Of a stretch of 64,000 nt of DNA, positions 9,675-21,911 are shown piece after piece. The notes beneath the pieces were generated by a model. It saw nothing but the letters and a program-made list of their open reading frames with translations, was not told the DNA's origin and did not search any database. Positions within the stretch are counted from its first letter, which is position 1, and each line of letters begins with the position of its first letter. Source of the DNA: Octopus sinensis (taxonomy: Eukaryota); contig NC_043002.1 in the NCBI RefSeq assembly GCF_006345805.1, positions 20,460,001 to 20,524,000 on the forward strand, read 5' to 3'. Position numbers and translations under genes: made by a program.

Positions 9675-12343
9675 TTCTTAATTCTTGTGTATATTCTTGT
9701 GTGTATTTCACTGGAGATTCTGGTCTGTCTGTGTGTGCTTGTGTATACTTAACTGGATATTCTGGGTTGTCTGGGATATTTTTGTATTTTTGCTGTAATG
9801 GAATGTGCTGTGTGGGTGTTTGTATGTTACTTACTTCCTTCTTTTTTGAGTTCTTCGGAGGTGGTGGAGAGTTTTTAAAATCCTTCCTCTTTTGCACTTC
9901 CCGGAATCCTTCATCTCTGCTTTCTGCATTTGCTTCTTCTGTGTTTTCCTTTAATTCCTCATTTCTGTTGTTTTCTTCTTGTGTCTCCTCTCCTGGTGTC
10001 TGGCTGTTAAGAAGGGAGACAGTTCACCCTTACGTGCCTCTTCTTTCTGCAGTGGTAGCAGATGGGAGGTCTTCCATCCACCACCGCTCGCAGCTTCGCC
10101 TCATCTGGTGGCTCTGTCTCTTTGGTAATTTCTTGTTAGTTAGTTAGTTAGTTAGTTAATTTGGCTCAAAAGCAAGTAGCAAGGCCATGGAGTTAAGTAC
10201 AGGGTGGTGTTCATGTAAAGAGTTCAGGCCACTTGAGGTCAAGGGAGGCTTTGAACAAAGCGGTCGTCGGCATCTTCACCATCTCGTCTGGCAACTTGTT
10301 CCATGGATCCGCAACCCGGACGGAGAAAGCTCCTTTCCTTCGATTGAGATGAAATGGTCGCAGGTAGAGCTTTTCGGAATGACCCCGCAGCCGATGCTCT
10401 GGAGCAGGAGTGAAGAACAGCTCTTTCGAGAGGTTACACTTTCCGCTTATGATGTTGTGGGCGAGAATGAGATCACCACGGCGGCGGCGTTTTTCAAAAG
10501 AATAAAGGTCGAGCGTCCTCAGCCTTTCTTCATAGGACAAATTTTTGAGACCATGAACCATGCGGGTAGCCAGCTTCTGGACTCTTTCGAGATGCTGCAT
10601 GTCTTTGAGGAGATAAGGAGAAGAGGCTTGAATTCCGTACTCCAATATGGGTCTCACCAGCGTGACATAGAGTGGTAGGAATATGGCTGTTGTGAGCATT
10701 CCGAATGACCGTCGAATCAAGAACAGAATTCCGCGTGCTTTGTTGGCAGCAGGCCCAGTGGGGTGGCCTGCATTGTAGCTTCCAGGCCATGTCCCTGTCA
10801 GTTCGTTTGTTTGGTGCGGCTGACTTGCAGCACTTCTGGGTCCTCCTTTGTTTCTATTAAGATGGCTGCAGGCAGCCGCATCTCATTGATCTTGTGGCAC
10901 GCCCTGCCAAGCCTCACTCTCGCCACACGTTTACTGAGGCAGGTTGGCGGGAGTGCCCATTCTTCTGTTTTCAACGTTTCAATGGAAGCTATAGAAGAAT
11001 GCTTGGAAGATATAAGAAGTGAAACTGAATTTTACTGCAGAGGAAGAAAGTTTGGCACAGTGGAGGTGCACTTCCCTGCTGTGGAGGAGGCAGTAAATTA
11101 CACCACTGTAACATTGAAAACAGAAGAAGGGGCACTCCTGCCAGCCTGCCTCAGTGAGCGAGTGACGGGAGTGTGGATTGGCAGGGTGTGCCACGGGATT
11201 AGTGAGATGTGGCTCCTTGCAGCTGTCTTAATGGAAACAAGGGAGGACCCGGAGGTGCTGCAGGTCAGCTGCACCAAGCAGGTGAACAGATAGGGATATG
11301 GCCTGGAAGTTGTAATGCGGGCCGCCCCACTGGGCTTGCAAGAGATTGCCAAGGAGATGGAGCTGCCAGATGAGGTGACGTTGCGAGTGGTGGTGGATGG
11401 AAGACCTCCCATCTGCTGCCACTGTGGAGGGAGGGGGCGCATAGGGGTGAATTGTCCCCTTCTTAACGGCCGGACGTCGGGAGAGGAGATGCAGGAGGAG
11501 GGTGGCAGAAATGAGGAATTGAAGGAAGGTGCAGGGGGGGGGGCAAATGTGGAGGGCAGAGATGAGGGATTCCGGGAGGTGCAAGGAGGAGGGATTTTGG
11601 AAACTCTCCACCACCTCCGAAGAACTCAAAAACGAAGAAAAAGAAGGAAGTAAGTGGCATGCAAGCGCCCACACGGCGCATTCCATTGCAGCAGAGATGC
11701 AGAAGTGTCCCAGATAGCCCAGAGTATCCTGTTAAGTATGCACAAGCACGCGCGGACAGCCCAGAATCTCCAGTCAAGTATACACAAGCACGCGCAGACA
11801 GCCCAGAGTCTCCAGTTGAATACACACAAGCAGACACACAAGCATTACAGGCCAGTTGTAAACATAGGGAGTATCTGATGCACTAGCGGTCGAACACAGC
11901 AATTTGAGGAAAAAATTGCAAAAATGAAGACAGTAATAAAAATTATAGAGGAGGGTGATTTACGCATACCAGGCATGGAGTGTATAATAATAGACTTAAA
12001 CAATTATAAAAAAATTGAAGGCAAGCTTTGGCGTTGATGTGAACCCACTAGGGAGCGAGGTAAAATATGATTGTCTACCACATGTGATGGAATTTGAACA
12101 ATCGAAACAATATTACATATATTAAGATAAATTAAATTGATGAATGTTGGTATAAAAAAAATGAGGAAAAAATATAATGAAATGGTACTACTCAAGAGTG
12201 AGGTTAGAGTAGCTATTACACCTCCCTTCATTATATAAATCTATTTTCATTCATTCATTTCATATTTTTGACCCCACTTGTATTGTTATGTCTGTCCTTG
12301 TGCCGTTCCCTCTATGTTCAGGCTATTGTGCCTAATAAAAAAT
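9675..12343 (+). mobile_element. Non-autonomous retroelement: LINE ORF1 (zinc knuckle)-derived sequence with a long inverted duplication and LINE/SINE-type 3' tail
   Basis: Left arm ~9675-10134 plus 10749-10985 is the reverse complement of 11103-~11845; loop 10986-11102. Sense frame reads LRVVVDGRPPIC(C/Y)HC..(R/H)..VNC (CX2CX4HX4C knuckle); 42-bp PEYPVKYAQARADS repeats; 3' end 12290-12343 resembles the SINE tail at 44686-44739. Confidence 0.75.
10135..10751 (-). mobile_element. Young CR1-like LINE 3' fragment inserted in the left hairpin arm
   Basis: LERVQKLATRMV..RRRRGDLI..RLRGHSEKL..VADPWNKLP; (TAAC)n tail; nearly identical to 50531-51160. Flanks rejoin exactly (GGTAATTTCTT|GCAGGCCC). Confidence 0.92.
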
Positions 12344-12449
12344 CAGAGAGCATCTTAGAAGTCTCACGAAGTACGTCGTGTGAACACATTGATTAAACCT
12401 CCGCTGCAAAATTTATCTATACCAACCTGTGGCAGGATATAAAAGTGGG

Positions 12450-12790
12450 ACGGAAATTGTAGTTGTGATAACTGCCGGTGGCACGTAAAAAGCACCATCC
12501 GAATGTGGCCGATGCCAGCGCCACCTTGACTGGCTTCTGTGCCGGTGGCACGTAAAAAGCACCAACTGATCATGGCCGTTGCCAGCCTCCACTGGCACCT
12601 GTGCCGGTGGCACGTAAAAAGCACTCACTACACTCACAGAGTGGTTGGCGTTAGGAACGGCATCCAGCTGTAGAAACACTGCCAGATCAGACTGGAGCCT
12701 GGTGCAGTCTCCTGGCTTCCCAGACCCCAGACGAACCGTCCAACCCATGCTAGCATGGAAAACGGACGTTAAACGATGATGATGATGATG
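12450..12790 (+). mobile_element. RTE LINE 3' fragment
   Basis: Three GCCGGTGGCACGTAAAAAGCAC monomers followed by the RTE terminus and (GAT)n. Confidence 0.8.
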
Positions 12791-13107
12791 ATTTTGCCCA
12801 GTGTGCTAACATTTCTGCTAGCTCACCACCCTATATAATAATAATAATAATAATGGTTTCAAATTTTGTCACAAGGGTAGCAATTTGGGGGAGGGGATGA
12901 GTTGATTACATCACCTCCAGTGTTCAACTGCTACTTATTTTATCAACCCCCAAAAGGCTGAAAGGCAAAGTTAACCTCAGTGGAATTTCAACTCAGAACA
13001 TAAAGAGGGACAAAGTACTATCATGCATTTTGCCCAGTGTGCTAACATTTCTGCTAGCTTGCCACCCTATATAATAATAACGATGACAGCGATGATGGTG
13101 GCGGCGG

Positions 13108-13690
13108 CCGTAGCTGCCCTGATGCAGTACCAGGCAGTGGCTCTCATGGCTTCTGATCTTAAATGATTGGAAGTGTTATCATGTACATTGTTTTGTTTTG
13201 GTATATAAGATGGACTACAGCAAATATTCTGCTCAGTACTACAGATTTGCTTGTCAGCTGTTTGATCATAACCAGTTGAGCATGTCCCTTAGTGGCTGAC
13301 GATATGTGCATCTCTGATCACAAGCAGAGGTAGTGGGGGAGCATCCTAGCCACATGTTGAGAGGAATTCTTTGGGGTTTGAATAATTCACCTCTGGAAAC
13401 AATGTTTCATTCAACATCCTTAAACAACCCTCATTCAGGGACCTTTTGAGCTGGATGGCCTACTTGACCTGATGAAAATTCTAACTGGGCTCACCTGCTA
13501 GGTCATGTGCTGTTTATCTTGATATTAGATCACCATGTCATGCACATACGGTTGTGATGCATGTGCCTGGTGTACTCTTATGAGTTGGGTAGTCATGGTG
13601 GGTATACTGGTCTTCGTATATTTTACAACAGCGTCACTTTGATGGCATGCACTGTTCTTTCACTCAATAATAATAATAATAATAATTATA
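13108..13690 (+). mobile_element. Probable non-LTR retrotransposon 3' UTR fragment with (AAT)n tail, clade unassigned
   Basis: GC-richer block ending CACTCAATAATAATAAT; no coding motif recognised. Confidence 0.35.
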
Positions 13691-14551
13691 AATTCTGACA
13701 TCAGCACAAAGGAATTTATATTGTATGTGGAGCATATAATTGTGATCCTGTTGGCCTCATCTACATGATGGATTCTTATATCATTAATAAACATAGAAAG
13801 ATGAAATGTTGTGTTCATGCTATGAGGGAATTAGTCAGTACCAGTAGTCCCAGGACTTCACTGGTACTTTAATCCACCCCTGAAAGAATAAAACGCCAAC
13901 TTGAAATTTTCTGGTTAGGGACCCAGACCATAAAGTGCTGACACAAATACCACAAAAGTTTTCTCCTATGTTCTAAAGATTGTGCCAGCTTACTGCCTTT
14001 AAATGGGTCTTTGATTTAGACAGAAGGCCAACAGTTTGAAGATGAGGGTGTTAGTAAATACCATTGGTACCAGTTCTTGATTGGTACTTTGTTTCAACCA
14101 TAGAGATTTGAAAGGCAAATTTGGCCTCAGCAAGGTTTGAACTTACTTGGAAGAAATATCTGAATGAATTTTTTTCCACTGATATTTTGTTTCTGGTCGT
14201 CATCACTAAATAGTGTAATTTAGTAAAGTGATAGTATTAAAATCATTGTTGTTATTTAGGTTTCATAACTTTGTACATATTTGTGATGAGGTGATCTACT
14301 TTGAAACTAATTAGTAAAATTAAGCAGGATGTATTTTAGTCTGTATAATATCTATTTAAGCAACTTATCAGACAAATTATTGCAAATTCATTTGAAATCT
14401 CTGTCTGATAAGTTTATTCCACATTCTAATTGTATTTGTATAAGGATTCAACTACAAGAACAGAATTCCAATATCATCTCCAACATAGAAGTTTGGATTA
14501 CAAATGATTTTCAGTCTACCGTAATGGACTAATCAAGTTAATTACCATACA

Positions 14552-14593
<42 letters not shown>

Positions 14594-14680
14594 TAATACA
14601 AGCATACACATATATACATTTCAACAATCAACATATACACGTTAAACGTACTAAACTATAAACTACCCACTTGTTTCAAC

Positions 14681-15574
14681 ATGAATGCAACCCATTTGTC
14701 TGATCCGGTTTTGATTTCAAGATTAATTGTTTTTAGTATGATACCTTTCTTCCTAATTGTGGGACTCGTTGGTAACATATTTGTGATATATATTTATGCA
14801 CGACAGTCCCAGAAAAGCAATGTAGAAACATTCATCCTTGTACTGGCTGTTATTGATCTCATTGGATGTATCTTTGGAATGCCTCTGGAAATGGCTGAAC
14901 TTTATCCTGCAATTCAATCAAATTATTTGTGTAAATTATACAAGTTTATTGTCTTCACCTGTTCTATCATGTCATCCCTCATTCTTCTCACAGTTGCCGT
15001 TGAAAGGTTCAGAAAAATATGTCGTCCACATGGAAAACAAATTACCCAAAACCTACGCCAGAGACTTATTGTTTCCATAGCAATAACATCGGTCATACTA
15101 ATATTACCAGTTATTATCTATAATGAAGGTGTTCCCTTTACCTATGAAAACAAGATATACATGATATGTGATTGTGACCTTAAAAGGTCATCTGTCTGGT
15201 CATATACTCTAGTAGTCTTAATTCTTCACGCTATACTTCTCCTAGCCTTGACTGTACTCTATTCCTTTGTTTGGAAAACTATTACTCAGCGTCTCAGGAA
15301 AAAGCAAAGTAAAGAAGAAGCTCCCAGACAACAAGGAATCAATCACACCATCATTGTACTTGTCTCAATCTCTGTTTTGTATTCTGTCAGTTTTTTGCCG
15401 TTCCTCATCTTCTTTGTCATATATCCATACTGCAAAGATTCTAATTTGTTGCAGATCTTTAAAGTGGTTTTATATCGTAATTGGATACTAAATTCCTCCT
15501 TAAATCCCATGGTGTATGGATTCTGCAATAAAATATTCCGGAAAAGTTTTGTAAATATTTTTACTAGGAGGTAA
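14681..15574 (+). CDS. Intronless rhodopsin-family (class A) GPCR, 297 aa, orphan
   Basis: Seven hydrophobic helices with class A landmarks: TM1 GN (GLVGNIFV), TM2 LAVIDL, Cys at top of TM3 (YLCK), ERF in the DRY position (AVERFRKICRP), TM6 FLP, TM7 NSSLNPMVY (NPxxY), helix 8 FRKSF; N-terminal N-A-T sequon; uninterrupted ATG-to-TAA frame. Confidence 0.93.
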   Translation: MNATHLSDPVLISRLIVFSMIPFFLIVGLVGNIFVIYIYARQSQKSNVETFILVLAVIDLIGCIFGMPLEMAELYPAIQSNYLCKLYKFIVFTCSIMSSLILLTVAVERFRKICRPHGKQITQNLRQRLIVSIAITSVILILPVIIYNEGVPFTYENKIYMICDCDLKRSSVWSYTLVVLILHAILLLALTVLYSFVWKTITQRLRKKQSKEEAPRQQGINHTIIVLVSISVLYSVSFLPFLIFFVIYPYCKDSNLLQIFKVVLYRNWILNSSLNPMVYGFCNKIFRKSFVNIFTRR

Positions 15575-17055
15575 AATTATTTTTGAAATTGAGGAGAAAT
15601 TTTAGGATTTGGTTTACACTACACTTTCAATACAGAGGAATTCTTTCAAGTCGAAGAAACATTTTCTTTACTGACTATTTCCAAAGAAGAATACTGTTGT
15701 TGTTTTTTGTACAATATTGAAAATAACTCAGTTTCAGGTATTTTATAAAATAACCAACTTTCTCATTATTTTTATGATGTTTGGAGAATTATATTTTCTT
15801 TCATAAAATTGGAAAATTTTGATTTCAATCCATGCCAGCATGGAAAGCGGATGTTAAATGATGATGATGATGATGATAATGATGAGCCTTTTAAAATATG
15901 CCATTTATATCCTTGATCCAGTGCCGGTCAAAGGTAGGTTAGTATCGGAAAGGTCTATTTGAACACCAACAGTTTCTCTGTTACATATTTATTCCAGTTT
16001 CTGTTGTTTTATACTTTCTATTAACCCATAACTGTGTATCTGAGTTCTCTTTTAAACTCCAAACTATTTGGATTCTACAGTTTCTGCATTACATATTAAA
16101 TCTGCATTAACAAAATACTGGGAAAAAAAATTGTTGCTATTATCACAGTCATCATCATTATTGCCACTGTCATCATCATCATCACTCTTACGTAAACTTT
16201 TCGTCCTTGAGTTTGTTGGTCAAGTCTTCCACACAGAATTATGTTATTCCTGTCTTTGTATCAACTTTTTTAAATCACAGAATTTTTAGACTGGCCAACC
16301 CATGGAGATCATCATTAATATCTACACGGACATGTTACCTATGCATGTTATATGCTGCTAATAAAGTATTTACTTCTTTTGTGCAATTCATTTGTCAGAG
16401 AAAGGATTTAAAATTAATCCCCTGTGCTTTTAGCAATTCTAATACAATTTCAAAAATAGCAATTAAAATTCTCTTTCAATGAAAATGTTTGATATTCTTT
16501 GCTGAGCAAAAAATTATTTTGAAACCCACCAACTCTTCAATCTTTTATTTTGCATACAGCATTAGCAACTTTTCTACTTATTTAAGAAATAAACACTTTT
16601 AGTTTTGTGATTAACATTGTTCTCATTGTCTCACATTTCAACATTTATTTACATGTCTTTGGTACACACAGTGTATTATATATTGTGTGTGTGTGTGTGT
16701 GCACGTGTATGTGTATTAATATGTTTGATACGTTCAATTTATGGAATATATCCTGTTAGTAAATGTATTAAACCTAGTAATTTTATGTTTTAGAAATTGT
16801 TGTTAATGGATGTGTTGAATTTTACATATATTTTCCTATTTTATTATTGTTGTTTATTTCCATATGACTCCAAATTGAGAAGACTTATTTTATCCAGCAC
16901 TTTTGGTACTCATTTCATTTATCTTCATTTTATCTAACCCTATCCAGGGGTAGAGAACATAAAGTACCATTCAAGTATTGGAATAGTTGGCATCAATTTA
17001 CCTCCCCCTGTCAAAACTGTTGGCCTTAAGGTGGTGAGCCGGTAGAATCATTAGC

Positions 17056-18945
17056 ATGCTGGATCAGGTGATGAAGGTCATGGAGAGGGTCATAGCCCCA
17101 CTAATTAGGGAGAGAGTCTGCTTAGATGAGATGCAGTTCAGTTTTGTGCCAGGTAGAAGCACCGCTGATGCTATATTCCTGGTACAGCAACTGCAGGAGA
17201 AATACCTAGCCAAGGATATACCCCCTATACTTGACTTTTGTGGATTTGGAGAAAGCCTTTGACAGGGTCCCCCAATCCCTAACTGGTGGGCGATGCAGAA
17301 ACTAGGGATTGACGAGTGGTTAATAAGAGCTGTACAGAGACATCGTTAGTAAAGTTAGGGGTGGCAGTGAGTATATTGAAGAATTCTGGGTAGAACTAGG
17401 GGTCCACCAAGGTCAGCTCTCAGCCCCCTCTTATTCATCATAGTCCTCCAGGCAATAACAGAGGAATTCAAGACAGGTTGCCCCTGGGAGCTCCACTATG
17501 TTGATGACCTTACTCTCATAGCAGAATCACTACCAGAACTAGAGAAGAAATTTCAGGTGTGGAAGCAAGGTTTAGAATCGAAGGGCCTTGAAGTCAATGT
17601 TGTAAAAACCAAAGTCCTAGTAAGTAGGAAGGCGAACACATCACAAACCCATTCACATAGATGGCCCTACTTGATCTGTAGAAAAGGTGTAGGTAGAAAC
17701 TCCATAAGATGTACCTAGTATAAGCTATGGATACATAAGAGGTGCAGCAACATCAAAGGAAGGTTAACTGGGAAGATAGCTTTCATGTGTGGCAGATGCA
17801 CAGGGGCAATAAATTCCATCACATGCTAGTGGGAGAAACTAGAAGTAGTCAATAGCTTCCGCTACCTAGGTGACCAAGTCTGTAGTGGAGGATAGATGCT
17901 CAGAGTGCGTCACCACTAGAATAAAAATAGCCTGGGCAAATCTCAGAGAGCTCCTACCTCTACTGGTGACAAAGGGCCTCTCGCTCAGAGTGAAAGGTAG
18001 ATTATACAATGCATGCATGTGTGCAAACTGCCATGCTTTACGGCAGTGAAACATGGGCCACAACTGCTAAGGACATGCGTAGTCGTGAAAGAAATGAAGC
18101 TAGCATGATCCAGTGGATGTGTAATGTCAGTGTGCACACACGACAGATTGTAAGCACCCTGAGAGAAATGTTGGACGTGGGAAGCATCAGATGTGGCATG
18201 CAAGAGAGATGACTGCACTGGTATGGTCATGTGTTACATATGGATGAGGAGAGCTGTGTGAAGAAGTGTCACTCCCAAACAGTACAAGGAGCCACTTGTA
18301 GAGGGAGACCCATGAAGACATGGGATGAGGTGGTGATGCAATGACGAAAGACCGAGACAGATATACTGTGAATGAGAAGACCTGGCAAGAAAAGTGATAT
18401 CACAGCTGTAGCCTACACCAGTGTCGCATAACCAACCTACTTAAAAATGTACCTTTGGATCATTGGGCGACATGCCATGCTTGAGGAGACCTATTGAGTC
18501 AAGCAAATCAAAATCTAATCAAATGCAAATTGTAGTTGTGGCTGATGCCAGTGCTGCCTGGCTCGCAATTAGCACCATTCATGCGTGTGTCATTGCCAGT
18601 GCCGCCTGACTGGCTCCCATGCTGATAGCACCTAAAAAGCACCATCTGAATGTGGTTAATGCCAGCGCCTTCACCCCGACTGGCTCCTGTGCTGATGGCA
18701 CATAAAAAGCACCATCCTAACGTGGCTGATGCCAGTGCCGCCTGACTGGCTCTCGTGCTGGTGGCATGTAAAAAGCACCCACTATACTCTCAGAATGGTT
18801 GGCATTAGGAAAGGCATCCAGGTGTAGAAATATTGCCAGATAAGATTGGAGCCTGGTGCAGTCTCCTGGCTTGCCAGTCCCCAGTCAAACCATCCAGCCC
18901 GTAGCAGCATGGAAAACGGACGCTAAACGATGATGATGATGATGC
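17056..18945 (+). mobile_element. Degenerate 5'-truncated RTE-clade LINE (RT, C-terminus, 3' UTR, (GAT)n tail)
   Basis: MKVMERVI..QFSFVPGRSTADAIF..FVDLEKAFDRVP, GVHQG, ELHYVDDL, AMLYGSETW; many stops and frameshifts; 3' UTR monomers and terminus. Confidence 0.9.
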
Positions 18946-19769
18946 TGAGCAAAATGCTTAGTGGTATTTCATCCGCTTTTACAAAATGAGATTTTTCAGT
19001 AGAGAATTTGTAAAAATGACCTACAGCCATGTAAGGAAACCCTGAGATAGACAAAGACAACAAAAAGTCGATTTTTTACATAGTTTTTAATTATTGTATT
19101 TTGCCTTATTTTTCCATGCTAATACACATACATATACATATATATGCATAAGTATGTGTGTTCATGTATGTATGTATGAAGATGCTTTTAAGCTCTTTAT
19201 ACATTCTTCCATATTTAGTATAATATCATCCATCCCCTCTTTTCGTATTTGACTTCTCTTTCACTCTCTACTTTTTTTCTTTCTTTGTAATTCCTAGTGA
19301 AAGTTTTATGTGTTTTGTATCTCTCTGAGACCTTGAAGCTAATAAATAAAAGATTGTAATTAGGGAGTGAAGGAGCAGTGCATACCACCAAAGTGACACT
19401 GGGGTACAAGTATACGAAGCCCAATATACCCATCATAACTACCTGTCTGATAAGGGTACATCAGACACAAGCTTCACAACCATATGTGCATGACGGTGCT
19501 ATGTTTTTTTGTCTGTCGTCACTTCATCTAATGTCACTTTGTCTGTCTTTTTGTCAAATGTTTTCTTTGTCCAACTTTTTGTCAATTTTAAATAAACTCT
19601 TTAGAAAACAAGGTGAAATATCTCTAATGATATATTCTCCGAAATTTAAGAAGCCTCATTATAAGATTGTTATTATCGTTCTTTTTCCTTCTGTGTTAAC
19701 AGTTTTACTTCCTCTTTTTCCTTCTCTCTCTTAAGTACGGTTCTGTGTGTAGAGAGTGCTGCAAATTTA

Positions 19770-21908
19770 GAGTACACATTTTTTATTTACCCATCCCAAA
19801 ATGACAAAGCAGTTGATGTAAGTAATTACATCAATGATTTTCATTCAAGCATAAGGTTGAATTCATATCAAGGTCTTTGAAAGAATAGTTCGTGGAAAAC
19901 TGGTTGAGTTCCTGGAATCTAACAATCTGATGAATTGCAACCAGCATGGATTCAGGTTAGGTAGATCATGTCTTTCCCAACTACTGGCACACCATGACCA
20001 AATCCTAGAAAATCTAGAGAATGGATACAACACATGTTATTTACCTCGACTTTGACAAGGTAGATCATGGCATCCTGGGTCACAAACTTCGAAAGCTAGG
20101 AGTAGGAGGAAAAGTTGGTACATGGATACATGAGTTCCTTACAAATAGAACTCAAACAGTCACTGTGAATGGAACCCATTCAACACCATCACCTGTGACC
20201 AGCAGTGTTCCTCAGGGCACAGTACTCGGCCCAATCCTGTTTCTCATCCTCATCTCTGACATAGATGAAGATACAACCAGCAACGTCTCATCCTTTGCTG
20301 ATGACACCAGGGTCATGAGACAAATCAAAGACGAGGTGGATACAGAGGCCTTACAAAAGGACCTGACCACCATATATAAATGGCAGGAAACAAACAACAT
20401 GTTCAATGATAAGAAGTTTGAACTAATTCGCTACGGAACAGATCAAGATCTGAAAAATACAACAAACTACAGAAACCCATCAGGACAACAAATAATGGAA
20501 AAACAGTATGTGAAAGATTTAGGCATCCACATGGGAACCAGCCTAAAATTCAGAGAACACCTTGACTCAGTCTGTCTTACTGCAAGAAAGTACAGTGGGT
20601 GGATCTTGCGCACCTTCAAATCAAGAGATACCTCGACAATGAAAACCCTCTGGAACAGTATGATACTTCCAAAGATTGACTACTGTTCTCAGTTGTGGTC
20701 ACCAACAACAAAGGGCCAACTATCTAAGATGGAATCGCTCCAAAGAAATTTTACCTCATACTTCTCAGAAACGAGGGACCTGGACTATTGGCAAAGACTC
20801 AAAACCTTGAAGATGTACTCAATAGAAAGAAGATTTGAGCGATACCGAATTATATACATTTGGAAAATGATAGAGCAAAAGGTGCCAAACTTTGGTATCA
20901 AAACCTACCACTCACTGCGCCACGGAAGACGCTGCCAGCTACCACCAATCAACAAAAAGGCTGGCCAGGCTGCAAAAACCCTGCGAGAGTCAAGTCTGTT
21001 GGTTCGAGGAGCACAACTATTCAACTCCATTCCGGTACATGTCAGAAATCTATCAGGATGCAGTGTGGAATCATTCAAATTGCAGGTGGTAGATACTTAA
21101 GCACCATTAGAGATGAACCCCATCTCCCAGGATATACACAACGAGCACAAACTGACTCAAACTCGCTCCTACACATATCAAAATTAAACAGAGAATACAA
21201 CCTGGCAACCACACCAGACTCTGAGGGTGGAGTCTTCGACTTGGCCTGAGCATGGACTCAAACTCAAATGAAATGAAATAACAAAACTAGGAAAAGGATA
21301 CTGGAGATGTGAGAAAAGAAAGCTATGTTCAGTGCATATTCACACCGTAATGGAAAACAATGAGCCAAAAATTATTTATTTTTCTAGTGAGCACCTCCAT
21401 CCAGCTGATGTAGATTTGTTAAATGCTAGAAAAGCAGTTGCAGAAATAAAGTATGAAGCTGTGGAAAACATTGCAGCAATTTTGCATAGCATAATAGCAG
21501 CTAATTTTACGCGGCTAACAGAAAATACTTACTTACAACTTCCTTGCTTGCCTCTGCTTTCCAGGATTATTCAAAGGTGCTAACAAAAAAAATTCAGGAT
21601 TTCTCACTAATCAGGGGCTAGGACTGGTTTTGAAATACCTGAAGAATATTGTAAACTTGATAATGGCGAACAGTTTCTGAGATACAATTTGGGTATCGAG
21701 GATCAACAGCGTATACTAGTATTTGCATCAGAAAGTGCTCTTCAGGGTATAGCATCATATCATCATTGGGCATGTGATGGAACATTCAAAAAAATGTGAT
21801 GGAACATTCATTCAGTGGTTTCAGCTGTTTAGCATTTGTGTACAAGTTAAAGGTAGCAGTTTTCCATGGGTCTTTGCATTGCTGCCGAATAAAACAAAGC
21901 AGATATAC
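19770..21908 (+). mobile_element. MULE/Mutator transposase remnant interrupted by a LINE
   Basis: After 21281: GYWRCEKRKLCSVHIHT..EHLHP (FLYWCH-like), RILVFASE..WACDGTFK, FQLFSI, FPWVFALLPNKTKQIY (MULE domain motifs). Left boundary uncertain. Confidence 0.8.
19866..21280 (+). mobile_element. 5'-truncated CR1/L2-clade LINE RT fragment
   Basis: QHGFRLGRSCLSQLL, IYLDF, SVPQGTVLGPILF, SFADDTR, KDLG, LESLQR-like MESLQRNFT; (GAAAT)n tail. Confidence 0.92.
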
Positions 21909-21911
21909 TTT

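Noticed and set aside
14329-14532. 67-aa ORF upstream of the GPCR as a coding or MMAB exon
   Set aside because: No similarity to expected MMAB motifs and no convincing splice pair.
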